28,283 bases of DNA from Candidatus Eiseniibacteriota bacterium (lineage in GTDB: Bacteria > Eisenbacteria > RBG-16-71-46 > SZUA-252), in assembly GCA_031370645.1 (NCBI GenBank), contig JANMQV010000146.1:1-28283 (forward strand), in the 5' to 3' direction. The notes under the pieces were generated by a model. The model did no database searches, had not been told where the DNA came from, and saw only the letters and a list, made by a program, of their open reading frames with translations. Position numbers and translations under genes: made by a program. This document shows positions 13,549-23,256 of the stretch, piece by piece (within the stretch, counting starts at the first letter, position 1; the number at the start of each line of letters is the position of its first letter).

Positions 13549-14568
13549 CTACTCGCCTTCCCCGTCCGCACCGAGCTCGGGACGGTTCAGGCCAAAGCGG
13601 AACGTCCAGTCGAGGATGCGCCGCGCTTCGGCGAAACGGAGCGCGTTGCTCGGCGCCCCCAGCACGACTGCGGTCACCGCCGCGCCCGTCGGGGTCTCGA
13701 CGCTTGTGACAAGGCAGTAACCGGCCTCATTGATGAACCCGGTCTTCCCACCCGTGATGCGCCACTTGCTCCGAAGTAGCCGGTTCGTGTTGACCAGGTT
13801 GTGCGTCTTCCGGTTCGACGTGAACGAGTAGCTCTGCTTCTGCATGATCGAGCCCACGATCGGATTCGAGGCCGCGGCGTTCAGCAGGCGCGCGACGCCT
13901 TCCGCCGTGGCGACATTTTCCTCGCTCAATCCGGTCGGCTCGACGAAGCGGGTGCCGACCAGTCCGAGCGATACGGCCTTCGCGTTCATGCGGCGGACGA
14001 ACTCGTCGCTCGTGAGGCCGCAGGTGCGGGCCAGCGTCTTTGTGGCCACGTTGTCGCTCGACATGATGGAGGCGTGGATCAGGTCCCGGATGGAGATCTC
14101 CTCCCGGGCTCGGATGTGCGAACGGCTGGAGTTCTTCACGTCCTCGGGAAGCACTTCGACCGTCCGCTCCCAATCGGGCTCGGTATCGAGGAGGACCATG
14201 GCCGTGACGAGCTTCGTGAGGCTCGCGATCGGCATGACCCGCTCCGGATTCTTCTGGAAGAGCACGCGGCCCGTTCCCGAATCGACAACGTAGGCGGCCT
14301 TCACGTGGAGGCGGGGAATCCCGTACGGCGTGACGGCCGGCAGGCGGAGGGCCTGGACCCGGCGGCGCCGGGCCCGGCGACGTCTCCGGGGCGCCTTGGC
14401 CCTGGAGGTCGACGAAGAGGCCGCGGCGAGCTGCGTTTCGGCTCCGTTCACCACCCCAACCCCAGCCGCGGGGAGCGCTTCCACAGCAATAGCGGCCGAA
14501 GGCGTTTCCAACAGAAACGCCAACCCCAATACCCAAACGATGCGACGAGCCAAAACGGTAGAAATCAT
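13549..14568 (-). CDS. Serine D-Ala-D-Ala endo/carboxypeptidase, S11 family (PBP7/PbpG-like)
   Basis: Signal peptide; PIASLTK (SxxK), SDN, EPTGL, KTGFINEAGYC. Confidence 0.92.
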   Translation of the reverse strand: MISTVLARRIVWVLGLAFLLETPSAAIAVEALPAAGVGVVNGAETQLAAASSSTSRAKAPRRRRRARRRRVQALRLPAVTPYGIPRLHVKAAYVVDSGTGRVLFQKNPERVMPIASLTKLVTAMVLLDTEPDWERTVEVLPEDVKNSSRSHIRAREEISIRDLIHASIMSSDNVATKTLARTCGLTSDEFVRRMNAKAVSLGLVGTRFVEPTGLSEENVATAEGVARLLNAAASNPIVGSIMQKQSYSFTSNRKTHNLVNTNRLLRSKWRITGGKTGFINEAGYCLVTSVETPTGAAVTAVVLGAPSNALRFAEARRILDWTFRFGLNRPELGADGEGE

Positions 14569-14746
14569 GTCGTTTGTGCCCTCAGCCGGACGTCGTCCAT
14601 GTCGTGCGGTGGAATGAAGGCAAGCAGTTGCCTTCTCCAGAGTTATCGGACTGGGCAGGCCGTTGTGAAGCGGAAACTGTGAAGATTTGGGCTGGAGAGC
14701 CCCGTTCCTTCGAGTTTATCACGCCCGGACCGGGGTATCCAAGCGC

Positions 14747-14817
14747 GGAAGGGCCCCGGAGGGCCCTTCCGACGCCCAGTATGCCAGGTTGGGGGTAGGG
14801 CCCCTTAGGGGGGCCCG
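14747..14817. terminator. Two GC-rich hairpins downstream of the PDZ gene (possible terminator or stabiliser)
   Basis: Perfect 10-bp stem GGAAGGGCCC-cgga-GGGCCCTTCC (14747-14770) and GGGCCCC-ttagg-GGGGCCC (about 14799-14817). No clear U-tract. Confidence 0.45.
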
Positions 14818-14835
14818 CCTCCGAATCGCACTATT

Positions 14836-15633
14836 TCAGTCGTCCGAACGGTCGTTCGAACGGTTCCGGCCGGACTTCCGGAGCTCTTGCTTCAGCGCCT
14901 GGAGTTCCTGCTTCAACTCGTCGAGTTCCTGCCGCAGCTGCTGCATGTCCTCGCGGACCTGGGGATCGGGGCTCCTCATGTTCATCCGACCGTTCATCTT
15001 CTCGGGTTCCATCTCCTTCATCCGGGCGCGTAGTTCCCTCATCTGCCCTGGATCCATGCCGTCCTGGCCGTGCCCCTGCATTCCGGGCATCCCCATCATC
15101 ATGTCGTGCGGCCGCTTCTGCATCTCGACTTTGAAGGTCTTTCGGAGGCCGTCGCGCAGCACGACGATGTCCACTTTCGCGCCGGGTTCGAGGTCGCGCA
15201 CCGCGTCCACGAGTTCGCTCGAATCTCCAACTTTCTGGTGGTTCAGTTCCACGATCACGTCGCCGCGCTTGATGCCGGCGTCATCGGCCGGGCTCTCGTT
15301 CTCGACGCGATTCACCAGGGCGCCTTCATCGGTCGAAAGATCGCGCGCCTTCATGAGGGAGCGGGTGATGTCCTGGATTTGTACGCCCAGGTAGGCGCCC
15401 TTGGCGTCCGCGCGCTGCATGCGGTTGCGCATAGCCTGCGGCTGGTCGCCGGCTTCATCCTCGTCCTCGCCGCCCGAGCGGTAGACGCGGACTTCTTTCT
15501 TGTCGTTGTCGCCCGAATTCTCGTCATCGTCCTTGTCTTGGGCCCAGGCGGGGGCCGTCAGGCCGAGAAAGGCGAGGGAAAGTGCCACTGCCAGGAGCCC
15601 GCGCCCCGGTCGCAAATACCGTTCAATAATCAT
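14836..15633 (-). CDS. Exported single-PDZ-domain protein with a C-terminal coiled coil
   Basis: RBS GGAGG before ATG 15633; signal peptide ending AWA|Q; GAYLGVQIQD...SPADDAGIKRGDVIV PDZ; Met/Gly-rich linker; LRQELDELKQELQALKQEL heptads. Confidence 0.85.
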   Translation of the reverse strand: MIIERYLRPGRGLLAVALSLAFLGLTAPAWAQDKDDDENSGDNDKKEVRVYRSGGEDEDEAGDQPQAMRNRMQRADAKGAYLGVQIQDITRSLMKARDLSTDEGALVNRVENESPADDAGIKRGDVIVELNHQKVGDSSELVDAVRDLEPGAKVDIVVLRDGLRKTFKVEMQKRPHDMMMGMPGMQGHGQDGMDPGQMRELRARMKEMEPEKMNGRMNMRSPDPQVREDMQQLRQELDELKQELQALKQELRKSGRNRSNDRSDD

Positions 15634-15739
15634 TTTGACCCTCCATGTGAAGATTACCGGTGGGATCCGGCTTGCCTCCCGCTGTGCGATACCCGCCGAA
15701 ACTCGAGCGGGTTCCAATCGAATACCGGGAATTGCCGGG

Positions 15740-17050
15740 CTAGCGGGAGGGCGCGAGGTGAAACGTGTCGCAGCCGCGGGGGCGAGCCCCCACCTGGCCG
15801 CACGTCGAGCGGAGGGCGGGACTCAGGTCGCGGAGGTCGAAGTTCCCCTTCGCCGCGTCGCAGAAGAGGGGATCGCCGACCAGGGTGTCCGCGGAGGGAA
15901 GGCTCCCGAGCGCCACCCCGCTCGGGTCGTGGATCAGGTTGCACTGGTAGCGCGGCGAAGACTCCACGCCGGCCATCGCCAGCTGCTCCTTTCCTTCCAC
16001 CACGAAGATGTTTTTCAAGATCTCGGGAGAACTCTTCACCGCGAAGATCGTGGCTCCCGAGCCGTCGGTGGTGTTCTTGTAGAAGGTGTTCGAAGTGAGC
16101 GTGGGATTGATGTTCGCATCGATCCGGCCGAGGATGCCGATCGCCGCCCCGCCCGCCGTCGCATGATTCCGGGCGAAAATATTGAAGCCGAGGAGCAGCT
16201 GCGACACATCGGCGTGGAGCGCGCCCGCCTGGGCCGCCCGATTCTCCGTGAACTCGGAGCGCGACATCGTTAGAAACGCGCGGTTGATGGCGGCCACGCC
16301 GCCGCCCGCCACGGCGGATGAATTGCGAACGAAGGTGCAGTTCACGATCGTGAGCCGCGAGGAGTCGGCCAGCACCGCACCGCCGACGGTCTCGTCGGCG
16401 CGGTTCTCCTCGAAGCGGCACTGACGGAGCGGCACCATGAGCTCGCTTCGATCGAGGGAGATGGCGCCCCCTCCGTCGCCCTTGTTCCGGAAGAATTCGG
16501 AGCGAACGATGAAGCCGGTGGTCTGATGGAGTTGAACCGCGCTGCCGAGATTCTCCGTGAAGCGGCAATCGGCGATCTTGATCGTGGTGGACTGCCAGAA
16601 CGAAACGGCCGACTCCCAGTTCTTCGTGAAGTGGCAGTAGTCGATGGAGAAGTTGGAGTCGCGGACGGCGTAGACACCGCCGCCGGAGACCGCCTTTCCG
16701 CCGCGGATGCCGAAGCCGATGAGACCGCCTCCGTTTACCCCCTCCACATGGACGACGCGCACGGAACCGCCGCCGTCGAGGATCGTGCTCTCGGGGCCCG
16801 CGTCGCCGAAGAGGACGAGCGGCTTTCGAATCGTGAAGGGGCCGCGGTAGACGCCACGGGAAACCCAGATCGTATCCCCCGGCGAGGCGGCGTCGATGGC
16901 GGCCTGAAGCGTGCGGTGCTCCTTCGGGACGAAGCGGCGGTGCGCGTCGGCCTGCGTCGGTGCGAGGAGAGCGAGCGCGGCGAGGAGCGCGATCAGCGCG
17001 GGAGCGCCCGCGGTGAAGCGCGCCACGAAATTCCGCCGGTCAAACCGCAT
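15740..17050 (-). CDS. Secreted right-handed parallel beta-helix (pectin-lyase-like) protein
   Basis: Signal peptide; TLQAAIDAASPGDTIWVSRGVY; repeated F..N.a..GGAi motifs; C-terminal DPLFCD...F.L...SP. Confidence 0.85.
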   Translation of the reverse strand: MRFDRRNFVARFTAGAPALIALLAALALLAPTQADAHRRFVPKEHRTLQAAIDAASPGDTIWVSRGVYRGPFTIRKPLVLFGDAGPESTILDGGGSVRVVHVEGVNGGGLIGFGIRGGKAVSGGGVYAVRDSNFSIDYCHFTKNWESAVSFWQSTTIKIADCRFTENLGSAVQLHQTTGFIVRSEFFRNKGDGGGAISLDRSELMVPLRQCRFEENRADETVGGAVLADSSRLTIVNCTFVRNSSAVAGGGVAAINRAFLTMSRSEFTENRAAQAGALHADVSQLLLGFNIFARNHATAGGAAIGILGRIDANINPTLTSNTFYKNTTDGSGATIFAVKSSPEILKNIFVVEGKEQLAMAGVESSPRYQCNLIHDPSGVALGSLPSADTLVGDPLFCDAAKGNFDLRDLSPALRSTCGQVGARPRGCDTFHLAPSR

Positions 17051-18338
17051 GGGCTTCCTCCGCCGGAAGGTCGCCGGCTAGGACGAGGACGTAGTGATCG
17101 GGGGTGAGATAGCGGCGCGCCGCTTCGGCCACCGCCTTTCTCGTGACACCGCGAATGAGCGCCTCGTAGCGCTCGAGGTAATCGGCGCCAAGACCGTAGA
17201 GCTCCATCGAGAGCACCTGCGCCGCGACCCCCGAGTTGGCCTCGAGCCGTACCGGGAAGACGCCGGTCAGGTATCCCTTCGCCGCGTCCATCTCCTCGTC
17301 CGTCGGACCGTCGTCGTGAAGGCGGCGCACCTCGGCCAAGATCGATACCACGCAGCGCTCCGCGTTCGTCGGATTGGTGCCGGCTCGAATCTGGAAAGGG
17401 CCGGCGCCGACGCCGGGATGGAGCATGGAGTACACGCCGTATACCAACCCCTGCGCGTCCCGAAGGTTCTCCATGAGGCGGCTCGAAAGCGAGGCGCCCC
17501 CCAGAACGTAGTTCGCCATCATGACCGCGTCGTAGTCGGGGGCGGTCCGAGCGACGCCCGGAAACGCCATGACCACATCGGCCTGGGAGCGCCCCGGCAT
17601 GCCGACGACGCGGCGCATCGCGCTGGCCGGTGCCGGCGCGGCGGGAATCTCGAAGCCGAGCGGCCCCGCGGGGGCGGCCCATTCACCGAAGGCGCGGGTC
17701 ACGGCCTTGAGCGCCTGATCCGGCGTGAGGTCTCCCACCATGGCGAGGATCACGGCGTCGGGGCGGTAGCGCTTGCGGTGGAATTTCACGATGTCGTCGC
17801 GACCGATCGCGCGGAGCGAGGCCTCGGTTCCGCCGCGGCTTTCGTGGAGCGGATGACCGACGGGGAAAAGGAGTTCACCTGCGCGCCGTGCCGCGACGCT
17901 CGAGGTCGTCGCCTCCGCTTCGCGCACGTCGTTCAGGAATTCGGCGCGAATCTTCTCGATCTGTGCCACGGGGAAGATCGGACGGCGGAGCGCGTCCGCC
18001 GCGATTTCGAGCACCGCGTCGAGATCTTCGGCGAGCATGGTGGCGCGAATGGAAACGGTCTCGGAACCGCCGTCGAAATGGAGCGACGCGCCGATGTCCT
18101 CGATGGCGGAGGCCATGGCGAGTTCGTCACGCGTTTCCGTTCCGAGGTCGAGTAGCGATGCCGTGAAACGCGCGAGGCCCGAGCGCGCGCCCGGTGCGGC
18201 GGCGTCCGCGTTGTCGTAGAGAGCGCCCGCTTTCACGAGCCCCTGGATCGAGATCGTCGGATTGGAGTGGTTCTCTCCCACGAGGAGGATCAGTCCGTTC
18301 GGCAGCGTGAGGCGCGTGGTGCGGGTCATGTGGCTCAC
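17040..18338 (-). CDS. M16B peptidase, non-catalytic subunit
   Basis: LPNGL N-terminus; the HxxEH position is replaced by GLARFTASLL; SSRL..NLR..QGLVYGV R/Y motif; GTGA overlap with the upstream subunit. Confidence 0.88.
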   Translation of the reverse strand: MSHMTRTTRLTLPNGLILLVGENHSNPTISIQGLVKAGALYDNADAAAPGARSGLARFTASLLDLGTETRDELAMASAIEDIGASLHFDGGSETVSIRATMLAEDLDAVLEIAADALRRPIFPVAQIEKIRAEFLNDVREAEATTSSVAARRAGELLFPVGHPLHESRGGTEASLRAIGRDDIVKFHRKRYRPDAVILAMVGDLTPDQALKAVTRAFGEWAAPAGPLGFEIPAAPAPASAMRRVVGMPGRSQADVVMAFPGVARTAPDYDAVMMANYVLGGASLSSRLMENLRDAQGLVYGVYSMLHPGVGAGPFQIRAGTNPTNAERCVVSILAEVRRLHDDGPTDEEMDAAKGYLTGVFPVRLEANSGVAAQVLSMELYGLGADYLERYEALIRGVTRKAVAEAARRYLTPDHYVLVLAGDLPAEEAHAV

Positions 18339-19639
18339 GCGTCACCTCCCGCCGTCGCGGCGGTGCCGGCGGCTCCACCATCACCATCGGAGTCCGGCGG
18401 ATCGAACCAACCGACGGTCCGCGCGTCGTCATGTAAGTAGGTAGTCGCCACCCGCTGCACATCCGCCGCGGTCACCGCGCGGATCGCGGCCGGGTATTCC
18501 TCCAAATAGCGCCATGACGCGATCGTCTCGTAGTAGCCCAACTGGTGCGACAGGCTCTGGATCGAATCTTTCGAATAGAGGAATCCCGCCTCGACCTGTT
18601 TCTTCGCGCGGCGGAGTTCGACTTCGGTGATCGGTTCGGTGCGAAGTCGCGCCACCTCGTGAAGCATGGCCGCTTCCACCTCGGCGAGCGAACGCTCGGG
18701 CGCCGCGGTCGCGAGCGCGATGACGAGGAAGGGGTCGCGCGCCGACTCGTTCGCCGCGTCAGCCTCCGTGGCGAGCCCGGTCTCCACGAGCGCGCGATGA
18801 AGGCGCGAGGTCCGCCCATGGCCGAGGATGAGCCCCAGCACATCGAGCGCGTGGGAGTCGGGGTGAGCCATGGCGGGGTTACGCCACGCGGCGATGACGA
18901 GACGTATGTCGCCCGGCTTCCGAAGGCGGAAGCGGCGCTCTCCCTGCTGTGGGCGCTCGGTCGTCGTCACCGCCAGCGGCAGCTCGCTCGACGGGATGCC
19001 TGCGAACCAGTGCCGGACGCGCTTCAGCGCCTCTTCCCGGTCGACGTCACCGACGACCACGACGATCGCGTTGTTCGGCGCGTAGTGCGCGCGGTAGTAG
19101 CGGCGGATCTGCTCGGTCGTGATGGCTTCCACGTCGCTTCGCCAGCCGATCGTCGGCCAATGGTAGGGATGCGCCTGAAACGCGGTGGCGAACGTCTCCT
19201 GGTAGATCCCGCGGTGCGGGTTGTCCTCGTTCCGCTCTAGTTCCGAGCGGACCACGGTCATTTCCAGGCGATGCTCTTCTTCGGGAATCGTGGCGTTCAC
19301 CATCCGGTCGGACTCAATCTCCATGGCGAGTTCCAACTGGTCGCTCTTGAGCGTCTCGTAGTAGCAGGTGTAGTCGAGCGAGGTGCCGGCGTTGAACGAG
19401 GCTCCGATCCGCTGCAGCGTGCGCGCGATCTCGCCCTTTCCGAAGCGCGGCGTCCCCTTGAACATCATGTGTTCGAGAAGATGCGAGATGCCCGTGATGC
19501 CGGCGCTCTCGTTTCGCGAGCCGACGCGGTACCAGACCGCGAAGGAGACGACCGGCGCCAGGCGGACTTCCTGGATCAGGACCTTGAGTCCGTTCTCCAG
19601 CGTCGTTTCGAATACTTCGGAATGCGCGGCTTGGATCAC
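18335..19639 (-). CDS. M16B zinc peptidase, catalytic subunit
   Basis: VGSRNE..G.TGISHLLEHMMFKGT (HxxEH), NAGT..D.T.Y, HPY..PTIGW, YYRAHYAPNNA. Confidence 0.93.
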   Translation of the reverse strand: MIQAAHSEVFETTLENGLKVLIQEVRLAPVVSFAVWYRVGSRNESAGITGISHLLEHMMFKGTPRFGKGEIARTLQRIGASFNAGTSLDYTCYYETLKSDQLELAMEIESDRMVNATIPEEEHRLEMTVVRSELERNEDNPHRGIYQETFATAFQAHPYHWPTIGWRSDVEAITTEQIRRYYRAHYAPNNAIVVVVGDVDREEALKRVRHWFAGIPSSELPLAVTTTERPQQGERRFRLRKPGDIRLVIAAWRNPAMAHPDSHALDVLGLILGHGRTSRLHRALVETGLATEADAANESARDPFLVIALATAAPERSLAEVEAAMLHEVARLRTEPITEVELRRAKKQVEAGFLYSKDSIQSLSHQLGYYETIASWRYLEEYPAAIRAVTAADVQRVATTYLHDDARTVGWFDPPDSDGDGGAAGTAATAGGDA

Positions 19640-19640
19640 G

Positions 19641-21086
19641 TCAGCTCCTTCGGGTCAGCGCCGCGACGCTCTCGATGTGCGCCGTGTGCGGGAACATGTC
19701 GACCGGGCGGACCCATTCGAGCCGGTAGCGCTCGGCGCAGAAGAGCGCGAGATCGCGGCCGAGGGTGCTCGGATTGCAGGAGACGTAGACGAGGCGCGGA
19801 GCGCCCAATTCGATGAGACGGCTCACGACGCCGGCGTGAAGCCCGACGCGTGGCGGATCGACGAGCACCGCGTCGAACGAATCGAGATCGGGCGCCGGGC
19901 GCGGTGCTACGGCGGGTCCGAGCCCGAAGCGATCGCGAAGCAGATCCATCGCGTCGCCGGTCCAGAAGCGGGCATTCACGATCCCGTTTCGCGCCGCGTT
20001 TCGCTCGGCGTCGCGCACGGCGGCCCCGTTCGATTCGATGCCGATCACCTCGCGGGCGCGCCGCGCCAGGGGGAGCGTGAAGGTGCCGGTGCCGGAATAG
20101 AGGTCGAGGATCCGCTCGTTCCCCGTGAGCGCGAGCCCTTCGAGCGCCGTTTCGAGAAGCCGCTCCGCCTGCTCCGTGTTCGTCTGGAAGAAGGAGGCGG
20201 AGGAGATCTCGAAGGTGAGCCCCGCCAGCGTCTCTTCGATGCGGTCGCTTCCGGAAAGGACTCGCTCCTCGTCGCCGCTCGCCACCGACGAGAGACGACG
20301 CGTCGTGTTGAGGAGGACGCTTCGGACCGAAGGGAAGCGCTGTCGCATCTCCGCGGCCCACGTTTCAAAGAGCGGATGCTCATCGCTCGCGACGAGGTTC
20401 ACCATCACCTGCCCCGTCTTCGCCCCTTCCCGCACCACCAGAAATCGAAGTAGCCCCTCCTGTCGCCGCGTGTTGTACGGCGTGAGCCCCGCGGCCCGGG
20501 CGCGCTCGCGCACGAAACCGACCAGCGCGCTCGAGATCTCGCTTGCGATGTGGCAGCGCTCGAGATCGAAGGGACGATCGAAGATCCCGCGGCGGTGGAG
20601 GCCGAGCGTCAGTTGCCCGTCGAGGTCTCGGCCGAAGGAGTACTCCATCTTGTTTCGATATCCGAACCGGTTCGCCGCCGGGACGATCGGGCGGATCGTC
20701 GTTTCGAGCCCGCCGAGATGCTTCAGGCAGTCGGCGACCTGCGACTCCTTGTGCTTCAGCTGCTCTTCATAGGAGAGATCTTGAAACCGGCATCCGCCGC
20801 AGACCCCCACGTGCGTGCAGCGCGGCGTCACCCGGAGCGGTGACGGTGCGAGGATCTCCTCCGTTCGGGCCTCCGCGTAGTGCGGTTTCCGCTTCGTGAC
20901 GCGGGCCAGCACGCGATCGCCCGGAAGGGCGCCCTCGATGAAGATCACAAAGCCGTCCACGCGGGCGAGCGCCTTCCCTCCGAACGCCAGATCGGCCACC
21001 TCCAACTCCACGGCTTCGCCCTTCTTGAAGGGGCGGATGGAGGGGCGCGGGGGCTCGGGCGTGGCCGGAGAGGGAACGGAGGTCAT
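19641..21086 (-). CDS. rlmD: 23S rRNA m5U1939 methyltransferase RlmD/RumA
   Basis: TRAM domain, C..(x)..CGGC Fe-S motif, YRNKMEY, FFQTN, DLYSGTG, DPPR.G, YVSCNP.TL.RDL, DMFPHT.HIE. Confidence 0.93.
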   Translation of the reverse strand: MTSVPSPATPEPPRPSIRPFKKGEAVELEVADLAFGGKALARVDGFVIFIEGALPGDRVLARVTKRKPHYAEARTEEILAPSPLRVTPRCTHVGVCGGCRFQDLSYEEQLKHKESQVADCLKHLGGLETTIRPIVPAANRFGYRNKMEYSFGRDLDGQLTLGLHRRGIFDRPFDLERCHIASEISSALVGFVRERARAAGLTPYNTRRQEGLLRFLVVREGAKTGQVMVNLVASDEHPLFETWAAEMRQRFPSVRSVLLNTTRRLSSVASGDEERVLSGSDRIEETLAGLTFEISSASFFQTNTEQAERLLETALEGLALTGNERILDLYSGTGTFTLPLARRAREVIGIESNGAAVRDAERNAARNGIVNARFWTGDAMDLLRDRFGLGPAVAPRPAPDLDSFDAVLVDPPRVGLHAGVVSRLIELGAPRLVYVSCNPSTLGRDLALFCAERYRLEWVRPVDMFPHTAHIESVAALTRRS

Positions 21087-21162
21087 CCGCCCAGTTTACA
21101 CCAGGGGCCGAAACCCCAGAAACCGCTTGGGAAGCGCCACGTTGAGGCCGATTTCTTCCCGC

Positions 21163-23001
21163 ATGGAACCCCGCTCCAATCTTCGGGCGCCGACGATCTC
21201 GCTTGGCGTTCGGGTCGCCGCCTTCACGACGCTCAGCGTGCTCACCGCCATTCTCCTCTCGGCTCTGGTGCTTGAGATCTCCGGGCGGGCGGAGGCGCGT
21301 GGTGCGGCCGACGAGCAACTGGGACGCGCCCGTAGTCTGGCCGTCGGCCGGCTCGCGCGCGATGGCGAAGGGCTTCGCCGCCTCGCCGCCACCGTCTCGC
21401 GCGATCCCAAATTCTTCGCGCTCCTCGCACTTCGGCGCTCGGAGCGGACCGCCACCTTCCGCCAGTCGCTGGAAGGGGTCATTCGCGAATTCCAGGCCGA
21501 CGCGAACGTCGAGATCTTCGACGTCACCGACGAATGGGGTGCGACCGCCGCCGCCTCCCAGCGTCCCGCGGCCCCCGAGCCGAGCCAAGGCGCCTCGCCG
21601 CTCGTTCGCCAGGCGCTGGCTGGCAAGGGGGCGCTTGGCTTCCGCCTGGAGGGAGGCCGGCTCTATCGCATCGCCGTGGTACCGGTCATGGCGGGAGGCG
21701 CCGCCGCGGTCGGAACGCTGACGCTCGGATCGCGCGTCGATGAAACGTTCGCCGGTGCGATCCGCTCCGCCACGGGGGTCGATGTCCTTCTATTGGCGGG
21801 CGAGATCTCGGCGTCGGGCGATACGCGTGCCGCGGCCCGGCCGATCGTGACCACGCTCTCCGACGCGGGCGCGCGCTCCGTGCTCGAGACGATCGGCGCG
21901 GCACGGCTCGTCGAGGCGCGAGGGAAGGCACCGCGCGGACGGATGGTATCGATCGCCAAGGCGCCGGCCGTCGCGATCGACGTTCCGCTCGGCGGCGGTA
22001 CGGAAGGGGGCGCGGCACGGCTCCTTCTCGTCGCCCCGGTGGCGCTCGACGCAGGATTGGCTCCGCTTCGGGGGACGCTCCTCCTCGCGGGTGCGGTGGC
22101 GGCAACCATGGTGCTCTTCGCCGGATTCTTCGCGGGGCGGAAGCTCTCGACTCGGTTGCGGCGAATTCGCGCCGCCGCGCGCGACGCGAGCCAGGGAGAA
22201 TGGGAAACGACGCTCCCCGCCGTGGCCTCCGACGAGGTCGGGCTTCTCACGTCCGAGTTCCACGCGATGCGTGAGTCGCAGCGCCGGGAACTCGCCCGTC
22301 TCAACGAGAGCGACGGGATGAAGTCCGACTTCCTTGCGGTTACCGCGCAGGATCTTCTGATGCCGGTGGAAGAGATTCAGAAGGCGGGCACGGCGATGGC
22401 CGCGAACAATGCCAGGGCGCTGGGGCCGGACGGCCTCCGGCATCTCCGTGTCATTCGCGGCGGAGCCGAAACCCTCAGCCGGATGGTTCACGATCTAGGT
22501 GGCGCACGCGTGGTGTCGACGCATCTGACCGTGGTCGAGCCGGTGTGGGAGGAGACGGAGGACGACGACGAAGTCGAAGCGACGCTCGAGGTCGTGGCTT
22601 CGGAAGCGAACTTCCAGCCGGCGCTGCCGACTCCGGAGGTGAAGGCGGTGGACGAAGTCCCGCCTCCGCCCCCGGCCCCGGTGGACGTCGCCGCGCTGGT
22701 TGAATCGGTGGCGGTGGACCTCATCGTTGCAGCGGCCGAGCGGGGTATTGAAGTCGATATGGCGATCGAGCCAGACCTCATTCACCCCTCCGCGTCTGCA
22801 AACGGTCTTCAGACGTCGCTCCGGGAATATGGAGCGAGCACCATTGCCACCCTTTCCCCTGGGTCTGTCCTCTCCTTCGCCGCCCTGCGTACACCCGTGG
22901 GAATCGTGGTCCGCGCACTTGGCGGCGCCACGCCGTTCGAGGTAACGCTCCCCGTTCCCTCCCCTAGTAACGGGGCCCCCGACCTCCCGGAAGCCAGCTG
23001 A
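21163..23001 (+). CDS. Membrane sensor (TM-Cache-like-TM-HAMP) with a degenerate histidine-kinase core
   Basis: Two TM segments; Cache-like LVRQALAG...AVVPV...VGTLTLG; HAMP ..DEVGLLTSEFHAM; HisKA-like MKSDFLAVTAQDLLMP with Q in place of the His; truncated HATPase ending FEVTLP. Start uncertain; ATG 21163 chosen to avoid overlap with rlmD. Confidence 0.78.
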   Translation: MEPRSNLRAPTISLGVRVAAFTTLSVLTAILLSALVLEISGRAEARGAADEQLGRARSLAVGRLARDGEGLRRLAATVSRDPKFFALLALRRSERTATFRQSLEGVIREFQADANVEIFDVTDEWGATAAASQRPAAPEPSQGASPLVRQALAGKGALGFRLEGGRLYRIAVVPVMAGGAAAVGTLTLGSRVDETFAGAIRSATGVDVLLLAGEISASGDTRAAARPIVTTLSDAGARSVLETIGAARLVEARGKAPRGRMVSIAKAPAVAIDVPLGGGTEGGAARLLLVAPVALDAGLAPLRGTLLLAGAVAATMVLFAGFFAGRKLSTRLRRIRAAARDASQGEWETTLPAVASDEVGLLTSEFHAMRESQRRELARLNESDGMKSDFLAVTAQDLLMPVEEIQKAGTAMAANNARALGPDGLRHLRVIRGGAETLSRMVHDLGGARVVSTHLTVVEPVWEETEDDDEVEATLEVVASEANFQPALPTPEVKAVDEVPPPPPAPVDVAALVESVAVDLIVAAAERGIEVDMAIEPDLIHPSASANGLQTSLREYGASTIATLSPGSVLSFAALRTPVGIVVRALGGATPFEVTLPVPSPSNGAPDLPEAS

Positions 23002-23198
23002 CCCCCCTCTGCAGCCCCGAACCGACAAGTCCGCAAGACATTTGTAGTCATCTACAGACGACACATTTAGATCGTTGCAAAATAACGATTTAACTGGCAA
23101 ACCCAAGGATGCCATCGAGAATAGACAGTATCAGATGACAGTCTGACCCCTGCGCCGCCCTCCAGCCTCGCAATCTGCAATCCAGATAATCTCAACTC

Positions 23199-23211
23199 CA
23201 TCAATGGGTTA
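23199..23211 (+). promoter_or_regulatory. IHF-like binding site
   Basis: CATCAATGGGTTA against WATCAA-N4-TTR has one mismatch and lies about 30 bp upstream of the -24 element. A weaker copy AAATAACGATTTA is at 23080-23092. Confidence 0.55.
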
Positions 23212-23240
23212 CCTGAAACTTTCATGCCTCGCCGTGCAAA

Positions 23241-23256
23241 TGGCACGACGGCTGCT
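23241..23256 (+). promoter_or_regulatory. Sigma54 (RpoN) -24/-12 promoter
   Basis: TGGCACGACGGCTGCT against consensus TGGCACG-N4-TTGCW; exact GG-N10-GC spacing; predicted TSS near 23267. Confidence 0.75.

Noticed and set aside
14662-14686. Rex operator candidate (TTGTGAA) upstream of the S11 peptidase; also TTCACAA half-sites near 676 and 986
   Set aside because: Only half-sites or direct repeats; no TTGTGAA-N4-TTCACAA palindrome.
15688-15718. Possible ECF-sigma promoter (GGAAC on the minus strand) or hairpin upstream of the PDZ gene
   Set aside because: The -10 element and spacing are unconvincing; cannot distinguish a promoter from a simple stem-loop.
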